Below the pieces are notes generated by a model that searched no databases, was not told where the DNA came from, and saw only the letters and a list, made by a program, of their open reading frames with translations. 64,000 nucleotides of DNA from Felis catus (Eukaryota), in contig NC_058368.1 in assembly GCF_018350175.1 (NCBI RefSeq), positions 35,466,001 to 35,530,000 on the forward strand, given 5' to 3'. Both the position numbers and the translations under genes were made by a program. Positions 37,716 through 50,694 of the stretch are shown piece by piece (the first letter of the stretch is position 1; each line of letters starts with the position of its first letter).

Positions 37716-38456
37716 GATGATATTTACTGAGACTGTAAGGATAACTGAGTGTGCATATGATTGTGCATCGTGCACATTTAAGTGGTGCTTGCATCTAATT
37801 GCATATCTCTGGTCCACTGAACAGTAAAACAAAATTGCTTTTCTCTTACCTATTGCTTTCCATGATTACCATTACTGATAGTTGGCCTGATAAAAATGTG
37901 TTTCTAATTGTTATTGAATGTATAGAATTGCTAACATTTCTATGTCCCAAATTTATGAATGATATATTTGTATCCAGTTTCACAAGTACATTGCTTGTAT
38001 TCTCTACTTTCACACTAAAGGAAACAGCTCTATAAAAATAACACCTGTTTGTAAAGTTTTCTATACCTACCTTTCGAATGGTGTACAGCATTGCATTTGG
38101 TCCTCCCAGCAAGTCAATGAAGTGACGTAGGTGTTATTTTCTCAGAACGAAGGGACAAAGGAGTAGGCATGGGAAAATCAAAGACAGTAGTCACCAGTAT
38201 CTGTTCTGGAAAATACAAGAAGAAGAAATATCACGGAACCAGTAACTGAAAAAAGTTAAGCTAGCTTGCCCATACCAAGTCAAGTGCAAAGGATGGTTTT
38301 TCCTGGAGATGCCTATTAGCCAAAAAATCACAGTGATTGTGTTCTGTATGTCATACCATGGGCTAGGGGGAGTTAGCTCAGGAGGAGAAACCAAACTCTC
38401 TAAACTTGAAGAGCTTCCAGTTTGAAAAAGAGACAGATGTATGTAAGTCAATATAA

Positions 38457-38666
38457 TTTTTTTTAACGTTTATTTATTTTTGAGACAGAGAGAGACAGAG
38501 CATGAACGGGGGAGGGTCAGAGAGAGAGGGAGACCCAGAATCCAAAACAGGCTCCAGGCTCCGAGCTGTCAGCACAGAGCCCGATGCGGGTCTCAAACTC
38601 ACGGACCGAGAGATCATGACCTGAGCTGAAGTCGGACTTCAACCGACTGAGCCACCCAGGCGCCCC
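38457..38666 (-). mobile_element. Young felid SINEC
   Basis: CpG-rich near-consensus body. Perfect 15-bp TSD TGTAAGTCAATATAA at 38442-38456 and 38667-38681. Confidence 0.97.
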
Positions 38667-41574
38667 TGTAAGTCAATATAAATAAGAACAAGATTTCACA
38701 TAGCTGCATCTTATGTGCCAGGGAGAGATGCCTGCAAACTCTCACTGCCTTCCAATGTTGTGAACACTTTCACTCCAACAGATGACACACACGTGATTAT
38801 TACTAAAGAAATTTTAAAGGATTGAATTGTTATTGAGAAAAGAATAAATAGCATAATAATAAAGTCACTGGAAGAATCTTGAAACAGATGGAAAAAGCTT
38901 TGTTTTCATGAATACAATAACACTGTAGTTTGAGGAGCTGTTGTAATCCAGTCGCTGCTGGAAGTTGGAAGCCATTTAAAAAGTTTCCACTGTGTTAACT
39001 CAGGACCAAGGTCTGAAATGAAAACTAGTGATGGAGTTTGAGAGAGGCATGTGCTTACCCAGCAAGTCTAAGAAATCAGGAAGAGTAAGGACTGTGCCGC
39101 CTTGGTTTCTTATTTAGCAGTAAAGCAAGGTAGAGAAGAGGAAGATTTTTTAATGATAAAACTTCCCCATGGTATTTTGAATATGAAGATAACTGCCTTT
39201 CCCTGTTATGATCTTAGTCGCATGTTTTTATACGGGTGATAGGTATGGCTTATTCATGCACTCTCATACTTGACCCCTTCCTCCCACTCCAAGTCTCACT
39301 AAACATCACACATTTACAATCACAGAAAAGAACAAAACAAGCCCTGATAGACTGGGTTAGGGCATACATGTGAGACCCATCTGGGGAAAAGAAAGAGAGC
39401 GGGCTTTTATCAACACATTACAATGGAACAGACATCCCACCAAGAGTACCCAGATTCTAGGCCAAGGGGGTTATTTCAGGGGTCAGACTAAAATAGCTGC
39501 TTTTCTGCTTTTAATTTCAATTACCTATGACAGCCTACCTCAGCGCAGCCTACAAATGAATAATGATCCAGAAACTGAGAAGGTGTAAAAAGTTACGCAT
39601 CTTGTCAGAATTTTGTTTAGTACACGTGGAGTTTAAAGTCTTACTATTCACTAGTGGCCTTAAGACAGCATGCCAATTTCTCTGGATGTCTGTTTCTTCA
39701 CCTGCAAAAGACTGGATTGAATTGGGAAAGATATCTGCTCCAAGGAGATGAGCTAAAACTCTGTGATGCCAGGCACTGCGGCATGACTAAATAGTCCACA
39801 GTATCTTGCATGTCAGTGACGTGATTCACTCAAGCTATTGTCTCATCATGTAATAAAGGCAGTTGGTCCAGTAAACAGTATTTCTGTTTAATATTTAAAG
39901 ACCCAAACACTTAGTTTGGTGTAGTATTACTAGCATTTTGTTTATTGAAAATTCTGCTTTTCTGCTTCTTCTCAAATGTAATAGTTTGTTCACATGGAAT
40001 TTTCAGAAGAAGGATGGGGAATTTTCCAAAGGAAGAAAGAAAGCCTATATTCTGTTTCAAGTCAGATTCATATTTTAAGCTTCACCATTGCATTTTAAGT
40101 CTTGCAGGACATATTGGTAATCAAACTGCAAAATATCTAGGAAAAAAATCAAATCACCTCCTTTTTCTCCTCTCCTACCTCTTTTTTAGAGGAGATGGGA
40201 CAAGGGAAGGGAGAAGAAAGGAGACGAAAGGAAGGGAGAGGAAAATCTTTTCCAGATTTCAAACTATCACAATCCAAATGAAAGGTCTTGCCATTCTTGC
40301 CTTTTAAGCAGTCGGAGTTTGGAGTCAAGCCCTTCTCGAGGGCATGTTTCTTGCCCTCCTCCTCTGTACTGATTGCACCTCTGTAATCTCCCCACTCAGT
40401 TCTGTTTTCTTAGCGCTCCCTCTGCCCTCAGCATCTCTGCTGTGATTGCTCTGGCCTTGTTGGCTCCCGCCAAGCTACCTCTGCTCCTCCCTTATCCTCT
40501 TCCTCCATTTCAGTAACCCCTTTCAGTGCCCTCCTCCGCTCCCCACCTCACCCTTGTGATCTTTCTGGTCTCTGCAGCTTTTCCTATGATCACTCTCCTC
40601 AGTTTTTCTCTGTGATTTCTCTGCCCTCTCTGGCTCTCTCAGCTTTCTTTAGAACTCAGCAAACCTCATAAGGTTCAGAGATTAATTTCAGTTTGGATAA
40701 GCACCCAAACTTGTGAGTGCGTATGCCAATTCTTTACTGAAACTCTTTGGATCTAAAATCTCGCTGGGAAGGCCAGCCTTATAAAAGTTCAAGTATTTGG
40801 AGTTTTATCAAGAGAATAATTTCCCCTCAAACCCTGGTCTTTCTGCTTCTTATTTGAGGGAAGGTGAAAAGACAATGGCTATTGTTCACTCTGCACAGTT
40901 TATCTTCTTTCAATTGACGTGGGCTATGCATGATTAGAAAACACAGCAGGACCCTGAGAAGGGATGCAAACAACCATTTTTGATTCATTCAGTAAAGACT
41001 TACTTGATGCCTACTATGTGCTGGAAATGCAGAAAGCTGGACTTTACTTCAATCTCCACGAGATACTTCTAGATTTACTTTCCATAAACATACTTTACAG
41101 ATTGGATACTTTGTGTGACCTTAGATTGGAGATGTAAAAAATGTTACTTCATAAGTCTACCATTCTTGTTCCACTGTCTAGATTTTAATTTAAAGATTGG
41201 ATATTATTACTTACTTCCTGTCACTTTAAAATGTGTATTTCTATTATTCCTATCACAGGGCATCTTAGGTGCTTTTAAATCAAAAGTTTTCATGGACTCT
41301 CCCTTTCTGGGTCAAATCCATACCATACAGAATAAAAGATGAATGGAATGGCAAAAGTAATTCTTTTTGCTTGATGTTTCCATCCAATACCAAGTACACT
41401 TCTGTGTTTCTCTTCTTTAACAAAAATTTCTTAGGAAAATTGGAAAACCGAATCTTTATAGTCAACACTAAACCAGATTGCGTAATCTGAAAATATTTGA
41501 AATGTTGAGCCAAAGGGTAAACTCTGTCTTTTATCCTACTAATATTTGGGTATTTTCTCTTCTATCCCTCTGTT

Positions 41575-41792
41575 ATAAGAATCTCAAACCAGTGATTCAT
41601 GGGCCATGGCTGCCAAAAGATGTGTTTTATTTGCCTGTAAAATATTTTTAGATTTGTATATGAATTCTCTTGCAGTCTGATAATCCCCATTCTGCCACAC
41701 TCTCCAGTAATATCTATTGTTACATTCATGTTATACTTCATACATTTACATACTCACCTGTTCCACAGGCATTTGGATTTATGGTTCCTAAG
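41575..41792. mobile_element. MER102-like hAT fragment
   Basis: agatgtgttttatttgcctg..cacaggcatttggatttatggttcct. Confidence 0.55.
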
Positions 41793-42447
41793 TAAAGTTG
41801 GACAAAATGGGAGTGAGATTTGGAGGGACATGAGCTTTCGATAATAGCTCAAAGCATCCTAACAATAGGTTTGCTTAAAATGGAGTAAGAAGATGAAAAG
41901 CTTGATTAAGGCTCATTCTCCCACACCTTCACATGGATGAATGAATAGGGTGACCTGATGGAAGGAAGCCATCCTATTTTCTTGATAATTCACAGGAGAG
42001 CCTTCTGCAATGTTTGGGATGAGTAAGCCTGCATACCTAGAAGAATTCTCTCCTTTAGTAGACACTAGTAGGGATATGCACATTCCCTTAAAGATGAAGA
42101 TGTTGCTTTCAACTTGGCTCAGGATCAGGAAAATAGTATTTATAATTAATCTCTTAAATCAAATTGCATGGATTCTTTAGACTGTCTTTTATGGTTTGGT
42201 AAGGTAATGTCTGAGTAAAATGGCAGTGGAATTACAAGAATTTGTCCATTTCCTCAATTTTGGCAAGATCCTACCTATCTAGAAAGTGTCACTGACAATT
42301 GCAAATGCTTCGAGGAAATCAAGGGCCAGAAGTAAGTTGAACCCAGACTGGATATGATACTTCTTTACTTGCTCTGTGTAGCCATCTCACTTGAATTCTG
42401 TATCAGGATCTTAAATTATGTTTCTAGTTTGAAAGAGGACAGGGTGG

Positions 42448-43054
42448 TGTGCAGTACAGGATTAACCTTGTCCAGACCAAGGTTTGGTGTTTGCCATCAG
42501 CTCTTGGAAAGTAATCTCTGAACCTCTGAAATGTCGTTTCTGATAAGAATGTCTTTGTTCACCATTGGGATTTGAGCCATGAGAGATAGACTATGGTAAC
42601 AAAGTGATTTCTGGCGGACAGCTTTGTTCCATACGGTATCAGCTGAACCTCTGCAGGGGCTGGAGACTAAGTTTAGCTACATGGATGATCAACCATGTCT
42701 TTGTGATCAAGCCCCAATAAAACTCTGGCCACCAAGGATCAAGTAAGCTGGTTGGCAATACTCCATGTGTATTGCCACACAGTGTTGTTGAGAGAAACAG
42801 AGGCTGTCCGCACAACTCCACTGGGAGACCACAGGGAGCACCATGCCTTATATCCTGGATCCTGCCCTATTGGACTCTTCCTTCTGTTAAATTTTATTTG
42901 CATCCTTTCGCTGTAACAAACCGTAAGTATAACAGCTTTTCTGAGTTCTGTGAGTCCTTCTAGTGAATTATTGAACTTGAGGATGATCTTGGGGAACTCA
43001 GAACTTGCACTTGGTGTCAGAAGTGAGGGTGATCTTGGGGAACTCCTGAAACTG
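42448..43054 (+). mobile_element. MER21-family ERVL LTR
   Basis: ctgataagaatgtctttgtt, gccccaataaaactctgg, tataacagcttttctgagttctgtgagtccttctagtgaattattgaac, ttggtgtcagaagtgagg. Confidence 0.85.
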
Positions 43055-43929
43055 CTGGTGGAGAGGGGTGGAAGGATTAGGGAAGAATCTATTATGTCTC
43101 CAGCATGTCTGCAGTGAATTTCTGAGGGCTTTATCCTTACAGAATCCCACTGTTGTCAGAAGACAGAGTGTCCTCAGACTTTGAGTCCTTATCCAGCTCA
43201 CAGAAAGGGGTCTAGGCATCCATGAAAGCTAGCCCAAATTTCTAAGCAACAACACATGGATTCTTCTCCATCTCCCCCGACCTTGGCCCTACCAAGAGAA
43301 AGAAAGGAAAGCCAGCCAGCTCCTCTTTCTTTCCTGCTCAGCGTCTTATTCTGTAATTTTTTCTAAACCTGCTTCTCAATATCATCTCATTAAGGAAAAA
43401 GATAATTACCATATTAACATCTTGCCTCCCAACACTTAGTGGAGTCACAAGCATTTAACTTCACACTTAAAAGAAATGGGTACCAAGGTATCTGACACCT
43501 ATTATTCAAATGCAAATCTCCTAGTCTAGCTGAAAACTCAGTTTCTTTTCATTTCTGACTACAAAGAACAGATGGCATTTTCAGGGAACTGATCTAAAAT
43601 TGCCTGTGGGACTGGAGGAAAAAATACAGGTATGTGTATAGATCCACCTTAGAAAGTAACAAATTATATTTGGAAAATAGACATCTAGACTAATTCCACC
43701 TGCGATACTAATAACATGCTGCCAAACACTGGAAAAGCTCTTTCTGTACCTAGCACTTCCCTTTTTAGTATAAGGCTGTGAGCCCTAGAGAGAAATACAG
43801 GATGCCCAATGGCACACACCCAGGGATTCCTCCCTCCCAGTACATGGTCCGCACAATAATCACAAGGCACCACAAGTGGGGAACACAGGACAGACTCCAG
43901 GGTGGCCGCTGCTCCTATTCCAACCACTT

Positions 43930-44150
43930 AGTGAAGGATTGCCAAGTAGCTGTCACTATGCAGAGCGCATACATTATCTCCTTTAATCTTCCAACAGCCC
44001 TGGAGGGAGAAGGTGTTATTCTTCCCATTTTCAGAGATGAGGAATCCAAAGTTTAGAGATGCTAATGGGCCTGCCCAAGATCACAAAGCTAGCCACAGCC
44101 AAATCCGCATTCCAGCCCAGCTCTGTCCACCTAAAAACACTTTTTAATCT
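43930..44150 (-). mobile_element. MIR SINE
   Basis: cccattttcagagatgaggaatccaaagtttagagatgctaatgggcctgcccaagatcaca. Confidence 0.85.
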
Positions 44151-46318
44151 CTGCACATTCGGCATTCTGGTTAATTATAGACTCTGATTATAGCAATTTA
44201 TCCTATATATCATTAATGGATTGCTAATTTTCAAAGAATTAAAGTCCAGGAAAAGACCCTTAAGACTAAAAGTACTAAAATTATACAGAATATAATCAAA
44301 TTTTTCTTGGATGTTTCAGATGATACGTTAAGCCCTGGTAATGTCTCAGGTGCATCATCCTACAGAAGAGTGATTGTGCTAATGAAGTGTAGGTCAAAAG
44401 AATAACAGATAAATCAGCTTCCACTTACACATAATCACTATCCTAATTCTCATAAATACTTTTGCAGAGTTCATGATGTAGTGATCTACTAACTTTTTTT
44501 CAATTCAAGTTAACAAATCTTTATCTAGTGCTTTCTCTGTGCCAAGCCCTGTGGTAAGCTCTGGGCAGCAGTAATAAGCGTGATATAATGCCCGTCCTTA
44601 AGGAGGACACATTCTGACTTTGGAACACTCCATTATCCCCCTTGCAATAGAATTACCTTGTCAATATTTAATTGGCTGTAAGTGGAATATTAACAGCAGC
44701 AGATCTACATTTTAAAAAATTACCACTGGTATGTCCACTGATGTTGTAAAGGTGACTAAATACGATTTTTCTCTTCTCTTCTGCGTGCTACCTTTTTAAA
44801 TGAGCTATAACTACCTCCCATGTCACCCAAGCTTTTTTAGAAACTCACCCCCTTCCGCCCGCCACCCCCCCACACACACTCCCCTTAGTAAATAAATCAT
44901 TCGGTATAGTAGTTGTTGGTGGCAATATCTGGCATCTATCACCAATGCATATTCACAGGGATTTTGCAAAAATCTCTCTTATGACTCTTGGGAGGGAAAG
45001 GAAGCAGGGAACAAAGGCAGAAGGAAGGGAGGAAAGGAGCGTAACCTTCCCTTTGGCAGATGTCTGGGAAAAGGAGACTCTTTATGAGATCACTGCATCA
45101 AAGGGAAGTAAGAAGTTTCTGGGCTGCCAGTCACAAAGCCACCAAAAACTCACTTTTAATGAAAAAAGAAACTGTTAACTCCTGCACTGTTGTAAAATAC
45201 TTACCAAAGACACCTTCCCTGCTAAGTGCCATTCATTTCAGGAGTGAAATGCTGTAACAGAGAAAAATGCCCAGGGCAACTGGGAACCAGAGAAGGAGGG
45301 AAGTGTGTGGTTCAACTGTCCCTGTAGGGGAGGGAAAGCAAAGTGTCTCTTTCCTTGACAGCTACCCCACTTAACTACTGTGCAGTCAGCCCTATTTGGC
45401 ACCAGTGAAAATTCAGCCTTCCAGCAGATTCCCTGCCATCTGCCTTATGACTCCCAGTCTACAGTCAACACACCTTGAATGCTTAAAATCTGCAACACTC
45501 CCAAGGGCTGCCTTTTTGGGGCAATTAGACGATCCATGGAAAGAAAATCTTTACTTTGCCACTTGGCTTCAGTTTCCAAATTGAGTCGAAATTCTGGAAG
45601 CGAATTCAGATAAACATTATTTCCTGATTTTTTCTTCTTCACCTTGGTGTTTTTTTAGTACCCATAGCCAGCGGCCATGGAAGCTGAGGGAGTGACAAAT
45701 GGCCGTCGGGAAGACTTGAGTCTCCAGGAAATCAGCAGAGACGTTATTCAACTGACAAGGCAAAAAAGGAAGAAATGAAAACAGAAACAAAATAAGCTCA
45801 GTTTTTGGCCCCAGGGCTCTACCAGGTATCTGCCAATTTATTCACCCTGAAATCTGAAGAGATTCCAGATGGAAATGTTTTCTTTTTTTTATTATTATCT
45901 CTTTACTTTACTGGGATGTTAGTGGTTACTATTTGAAAGTTTCCTTGTATAGGGTTAAGAAAGAAGCTAAGACAATTGCTCAAAATCTATGAAGAGAAGT
46001 GGGAAAGCTTGGGCATTTACTCACTTAGATCACTGGAGTATACATCTCAGTAAAGCCAAGATCTGCTCTTCCGAAATGTATCCATCTTCCACATGAAGGA
46101 AAGGCAGGCATTTTGAATTTTTTTTTTTTTTTGGTTCAACATTGTTTTTCATAGGATTGAATACAAGCAAAAAATATCTTCCTGATCCATTTGGATTCTA
46201 GCTGTGACCATGCTGAATGACTTATGCACTAGTCCAGTCAAGGCCTGGAAATGTAGATAATTGGTATCTTTGCAATGTGAAAAGTCTGGTGGACAGTGGG
46301 ATGGATGTTAGAAATCAT

Positions 46319-46533
46319 GTTTTGTTTTTTTAAGGAATCTATTTTTTTTTAATGTTTATTCATGTTTGAGAGAGAGTGTGTGTGAATGGGGAAGGAGCAG
46401 AGGGGGGGGGGACAGAGTATCTGAAGCGAGCTCTGTGCTGACAGCAGCTAGCCCAATGCTGGGCTTGAACTCACAGAGTGTGAGATCATGACCAGAGTTG
46501 GAGGCTTAACTGACTGAGCCACCCAGGTGGCCC
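46319..46533 (-). mobile_element. SINEC
   Basis: Reverse SINEC. TSD TGTTAGAAATCAT at 46306-46318 and 46534-46546. Confidence 0.95.
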
Positions 46534-47574
46534 TGTTAGAAATCATTCTTTGATGTCAAACTACTATCATCCTTCCCACAGTTTTTTTTTTTTTTTTCCT
46601 CATGACTCTCTGGTAATTTTTATCTACTCCCCCTTGTTAAATGCTTCCTCTAAAGATAGACTAATAAACTCCTTAAACCTTTTCAGTTAAGATCCACATT
46701 TATCAGATTCATAGCTGTACTCATTTTCTTAGGCACATACTTGAAGCGATCATCAGCTCAGATATAAATAATGACTGTGAACAACTGTATTTTTCAATAC
46801 AGTATTTAAAAATACACTAAAGCTGAAACAAAAGTTTCCTAGTTAAAATAGGAAGTGACCTAGTTTCAACCAAAAATATATTCACATCATACCACACCTA
46901 TGTTCCAAGGACAGTTCGCTAATTTCTTAAACACATTTAAAACGCAACATGTTTTTCTATAGCCTCTTAACATGTATTTCAATCACTTCCATTCAGAATG
47001 AAACTTAGATTGGCTTTACAATCAATACTCATCTTCCATTCTTTTTTAGATTTTTTAGAGACAAGAATTATTTCTCTATGTTGAAAGACTCTTACTTGCA
47101 TTAAGAATTTCTACTCTGTCAGAATCCAGATCAAAAGGCACAGGCATGGTAACATTTTTTTAACCGAAAACTGAGTGAATGATCCCAAATGTATGGCTTG
47201 TACTTATCAACTTTCAATTCAGAGTCCTAGACCAGCAAACAGTGTCTCCCCAGCTTCTTGTTCCCTGTTGCATTTGTGTGGTTTCTCTCATTAGCAGTTC
47301 CCAGAAGCTAGAAGTGAGTTCCACAGAAGGGACTGATGCTTTGAACTCAATAGGTTTCTTCAGGGTAAAATTTTACACCAGGGCTCCAATTAGAACCTAA
47401 GGCTGATTACTTGCGTTTATAGGTCTCCTGTCTAAATCCTAGCTCTCTTCATCACTGGGTCGATGTTTCTTCACTAGATGATTAATTGTAGGAACATTTC
47501 CATGGTTCCTCCTTAGAGGTCTTCTATTGCTTTGGGGGAAACTCTAAGGGTTTTGCTTTAGCAAACCAAGAAAA

Positions 47575-47825
47575 TGCCTATGAGTGTGAGCTCTGGAGCT
47601 ACCCTGCCTCGATTTATAACCCAACAATATCACTTACCAAGTGTCACCTTGAGCGAGTTGCTAATCTTTTCAAAATCTTAGATTCCTTATGCATTAAATA
47701 TAAATACTTAATTGTACTGACTTTAAGGATTTCCTTTAATGATTAAATAATCTGGATAAAACATGACAACACTAAAATATTGAGTACAGCACTCAAAATA
47801 GCAGATATTATAAGCTATTATTATG
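47575..47825 (+). mobile_element. MIR SINE
   Basis: gagctctggagct..cacttaccaagtgtcaccttgagcgagttgctaatct. Confidence 0.7.
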
Positions 47826-47959
47826 TATATTAATATATATATATTATTAGTTTTTTCTGGTTCACTGGAGTCTCATCAGGGTGTAACACAAATTGTATCT
47901 TGAAAATCTCTCTAAAGTAGTATGTATTCTTTTAGGTGCAGAGTCTTGAAAAGACATCA

Positions 47960-48420
47960 TCTGCAGGAAACTGTCACCGCCCCTATTGATATCTTTTCTG
48001 TGTGTCTTAGGTCACTTACTGCATGCAGACACCTGCAACTCTCTGATAAGGATTTTTCATCTGGCAATGGGAGCACCCTCAGTCTTTGGTTGGGGTCAAC
48101 AAGAAGTCCGGAGGTTAATGTCTCTCTGAATCCTCAAACAACGACAAACAAGGAGTTGAACGGGAAATATCACTGCTTCCTTGGCCATCAGTTGGGATAA
48201 ATGAGACATGTTCTCATTGTCTTCTGGAGTTCCCTTGAGGGGCTGAGCTCTAGATATCCTCAGAGATAACCAGCACAGGGTATATTTTTTATTGTCTTCA
48301 TTCTCTTTCCTGATTTATGTCTCCACTTTCCCAGTATTTCAAGGGATGACCTCCCAAATTCATTAGTTAGACTTGAACCCTTATCTCAGAATCAGCTTCT
48401 GGGGAACCCAAACCAAGACA
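47960..48420 (+). mobile_element. ERVL LTR16-like solo LTR
   Basis: Ends cttgaacccttatctcagaatcagcttctggggaacccaaaccaagaca. Confidence 0.85.
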
Positions 48421-48879
48421 TCTTTAGATAAATCCATTATAGCCACGTTTTCATTCAATGAATATGGAAACAAATTATTCCTCTTTGGTTGGGAACTTGG
48501 TAATACAATTGACTTGGTTTAAAGATTATATACGATATACACGTGTATACATGTATGTGTGTATGTATTCTTAGAGTTGAAACCATAGTGGAGCTCAACA
48601 GTGTGGTTCTGCCTTCCCATTCCAACTTCCAGAAGTTTCTCCGTTCCTCTAAAAGTTTCATGTAGAATATGGGTCTTAGATCTTCCTCTTCTCTTCCCTT
48701 CTTGAAAAAACTTCACCTCAGAGCGGTAGCTGAGGCCAGATGATGCAGGTAGCTTTGCATGGGAAAGGAGGGAAGCCAAAACAGCAGCACATGGGCATTT
48801 AGAACATAAGTAAGATGAGAACAGCTGAAGGACTGGGGGAGGTGGTCTAGAATGGCAAGTTGGAACCCATGTAGAACAT

Positions 48880-49800
48880 ATCTAGCATGCAGATTATTGT
48901 TTCTAAATACTATTTGTTGTAAAAGGAACCAGGGCTGATTCCATCATTGAGGCTGGAAAACTTCAAGAAAATCTTGTGGCCAGGATGAAGTGGTCAAGGA
49001 ATGATGGAAATGTGTCAAAAAAGGAGACAGGGGTCATCTGGAAGAGCTCCTACTGGTCAAACCTGAGATGATTTAAGCATCGAAAGAAATACTATAGTAG
49101 CAAATTATAACTGTTGAACAAAATATAAATCTGTGAGTTCATATAGATATTAACTAATTAAATTTGATGAAAAATGGGATATTTACAAAATCCTAAAGTA
49201 CCTCCCACACAAAACACTTAATTACAAAGAGAAAAAGAGTAATATTGCTGTGGAGAGCCTTGGCAGACACTACCTTACTCAAGTGATCAAACTTAATAAC
49301 ATTAATAATGGAACAAATCAAAATTTTATACAAAAGGAGAGGATGCAATAAGAGACTTTACCACGGTGATATTCCTACTGAAGATGATATTCATGAAAAA
49401 AATCATGCAGAAATATTTATAAAACATAAAATTGAACGACATTTCACAAAATTCCTGACATTCAAAAATAGTAGGTCATAAAACTTGAGGAAGAACTGAC
49501 AAACTTTTCTAGACTGAAGGGGACTAAAAGATACAACAGCAAAAGGCAATACATAATTCTTCCTGGACTCTTCCTATAATGGACATAATGGAGAAACTTA
49601 AATGGGGTCTAAAGATGAGATAGTAGCAATGCTCATTTCCTGATTTTGATGGATACAATTTGGTTATACTGGAAGAAGCCCTTCTGTATAGGAAACACAC
49701 ACAAAAATATGACAGTCACTTACTCTCACATGGCACAGGGTAAAAAAAGGTATATTTGCACTATTCTTATTTTTTTTCTGTAAATTTAAATCTTTTTCTA
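48880..49800 (+). mobile_element. Ancient L1 (L1MC/L1MD-like) 3' region
   Basis: aaaaggaaccagggct, gtggagagccttggcagacactaccttactcaagtgatcaaa, ttcctgattttgatgg. Confidence 0.8.
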
Positions 49801-50304
49801 CTATAGTACTCAGAGAAAATACCTACAGCTACTGTTATCTAGAGATATTCCTCGAAAAATCAGTAAATTGCCACACGACCCCAGTCAACAAGCTCTATCA
49901 ACAAAACACAGGTTTTGCCAGGTTTTCAGTGCCTCACACTGAAGTATGACTGATCAACTATGTGTCAGCAAACTTTTGTGGAAGAATTACACCATGCCAA
50001 AATAAACCAGTAAAAGACAAAAGAATTCAGAAGAAAACAATATGCATAGGAAAAAGAAAGGATTATTTCATTTTTTTTTAACCATATTATGGAGCATTCA
50101 CAGGTTTGCCACAAAGTCCCCACGCGCAATCGTTACTGTTTTTTTGAAAGAGCTTTACCATTTTCAAGACAAATTTTGATTTTCCCCATGTTCTTCTAGA
50201 CATACTCTCCCATGTTGATAGTTGAAATTTACTGAAGCAATAGGCAATTTTATTTTTAACAGATTTGATAGAGCTGAAAATCATGAATCAAACCTAAGTT
50301 TACT

Positions 50305-50490
50305 ATCCAGGCTTTAGAATCAGACAGGCTTGGGTTTGAATCATAATCTACCAATCATATTGGATGTACCTCCTGATTCCTCTTTCCTCATTGGCAAATT
50401 GTAATAATAATACCTATCTTCACTGCATGGATGTGAAAAGTAAGTAACTTTCCCTAGCACATAAAAGGTGCTTATGAAATGGTGCTATTG
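50305..50490 (+). mobile_element. MIR SINE
   Basis: ggctttagaatcagacaggcttgggtttgaatc..tttcctcattggcaaattgtaataataatacct. Confidence 0.8.
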
Positions 50491-50694
50491 ACAATGTTCT
50501 GATCATTCACCATGAGCTTCTCATCTATAGGTCTTTGTTCTGGAAGAGGCCCTGAGCTCATCATTTGGCTTGATCATGCTCTGTCAAAGAATGCCCATCA
50601 AATGTTCTCTGATCACTCCACTGTATTTATCACACTTTGTCCACAAACTGCTATCTATGCCCAATTTCCTAGTTATTAGACTATTGTCTCTCCA

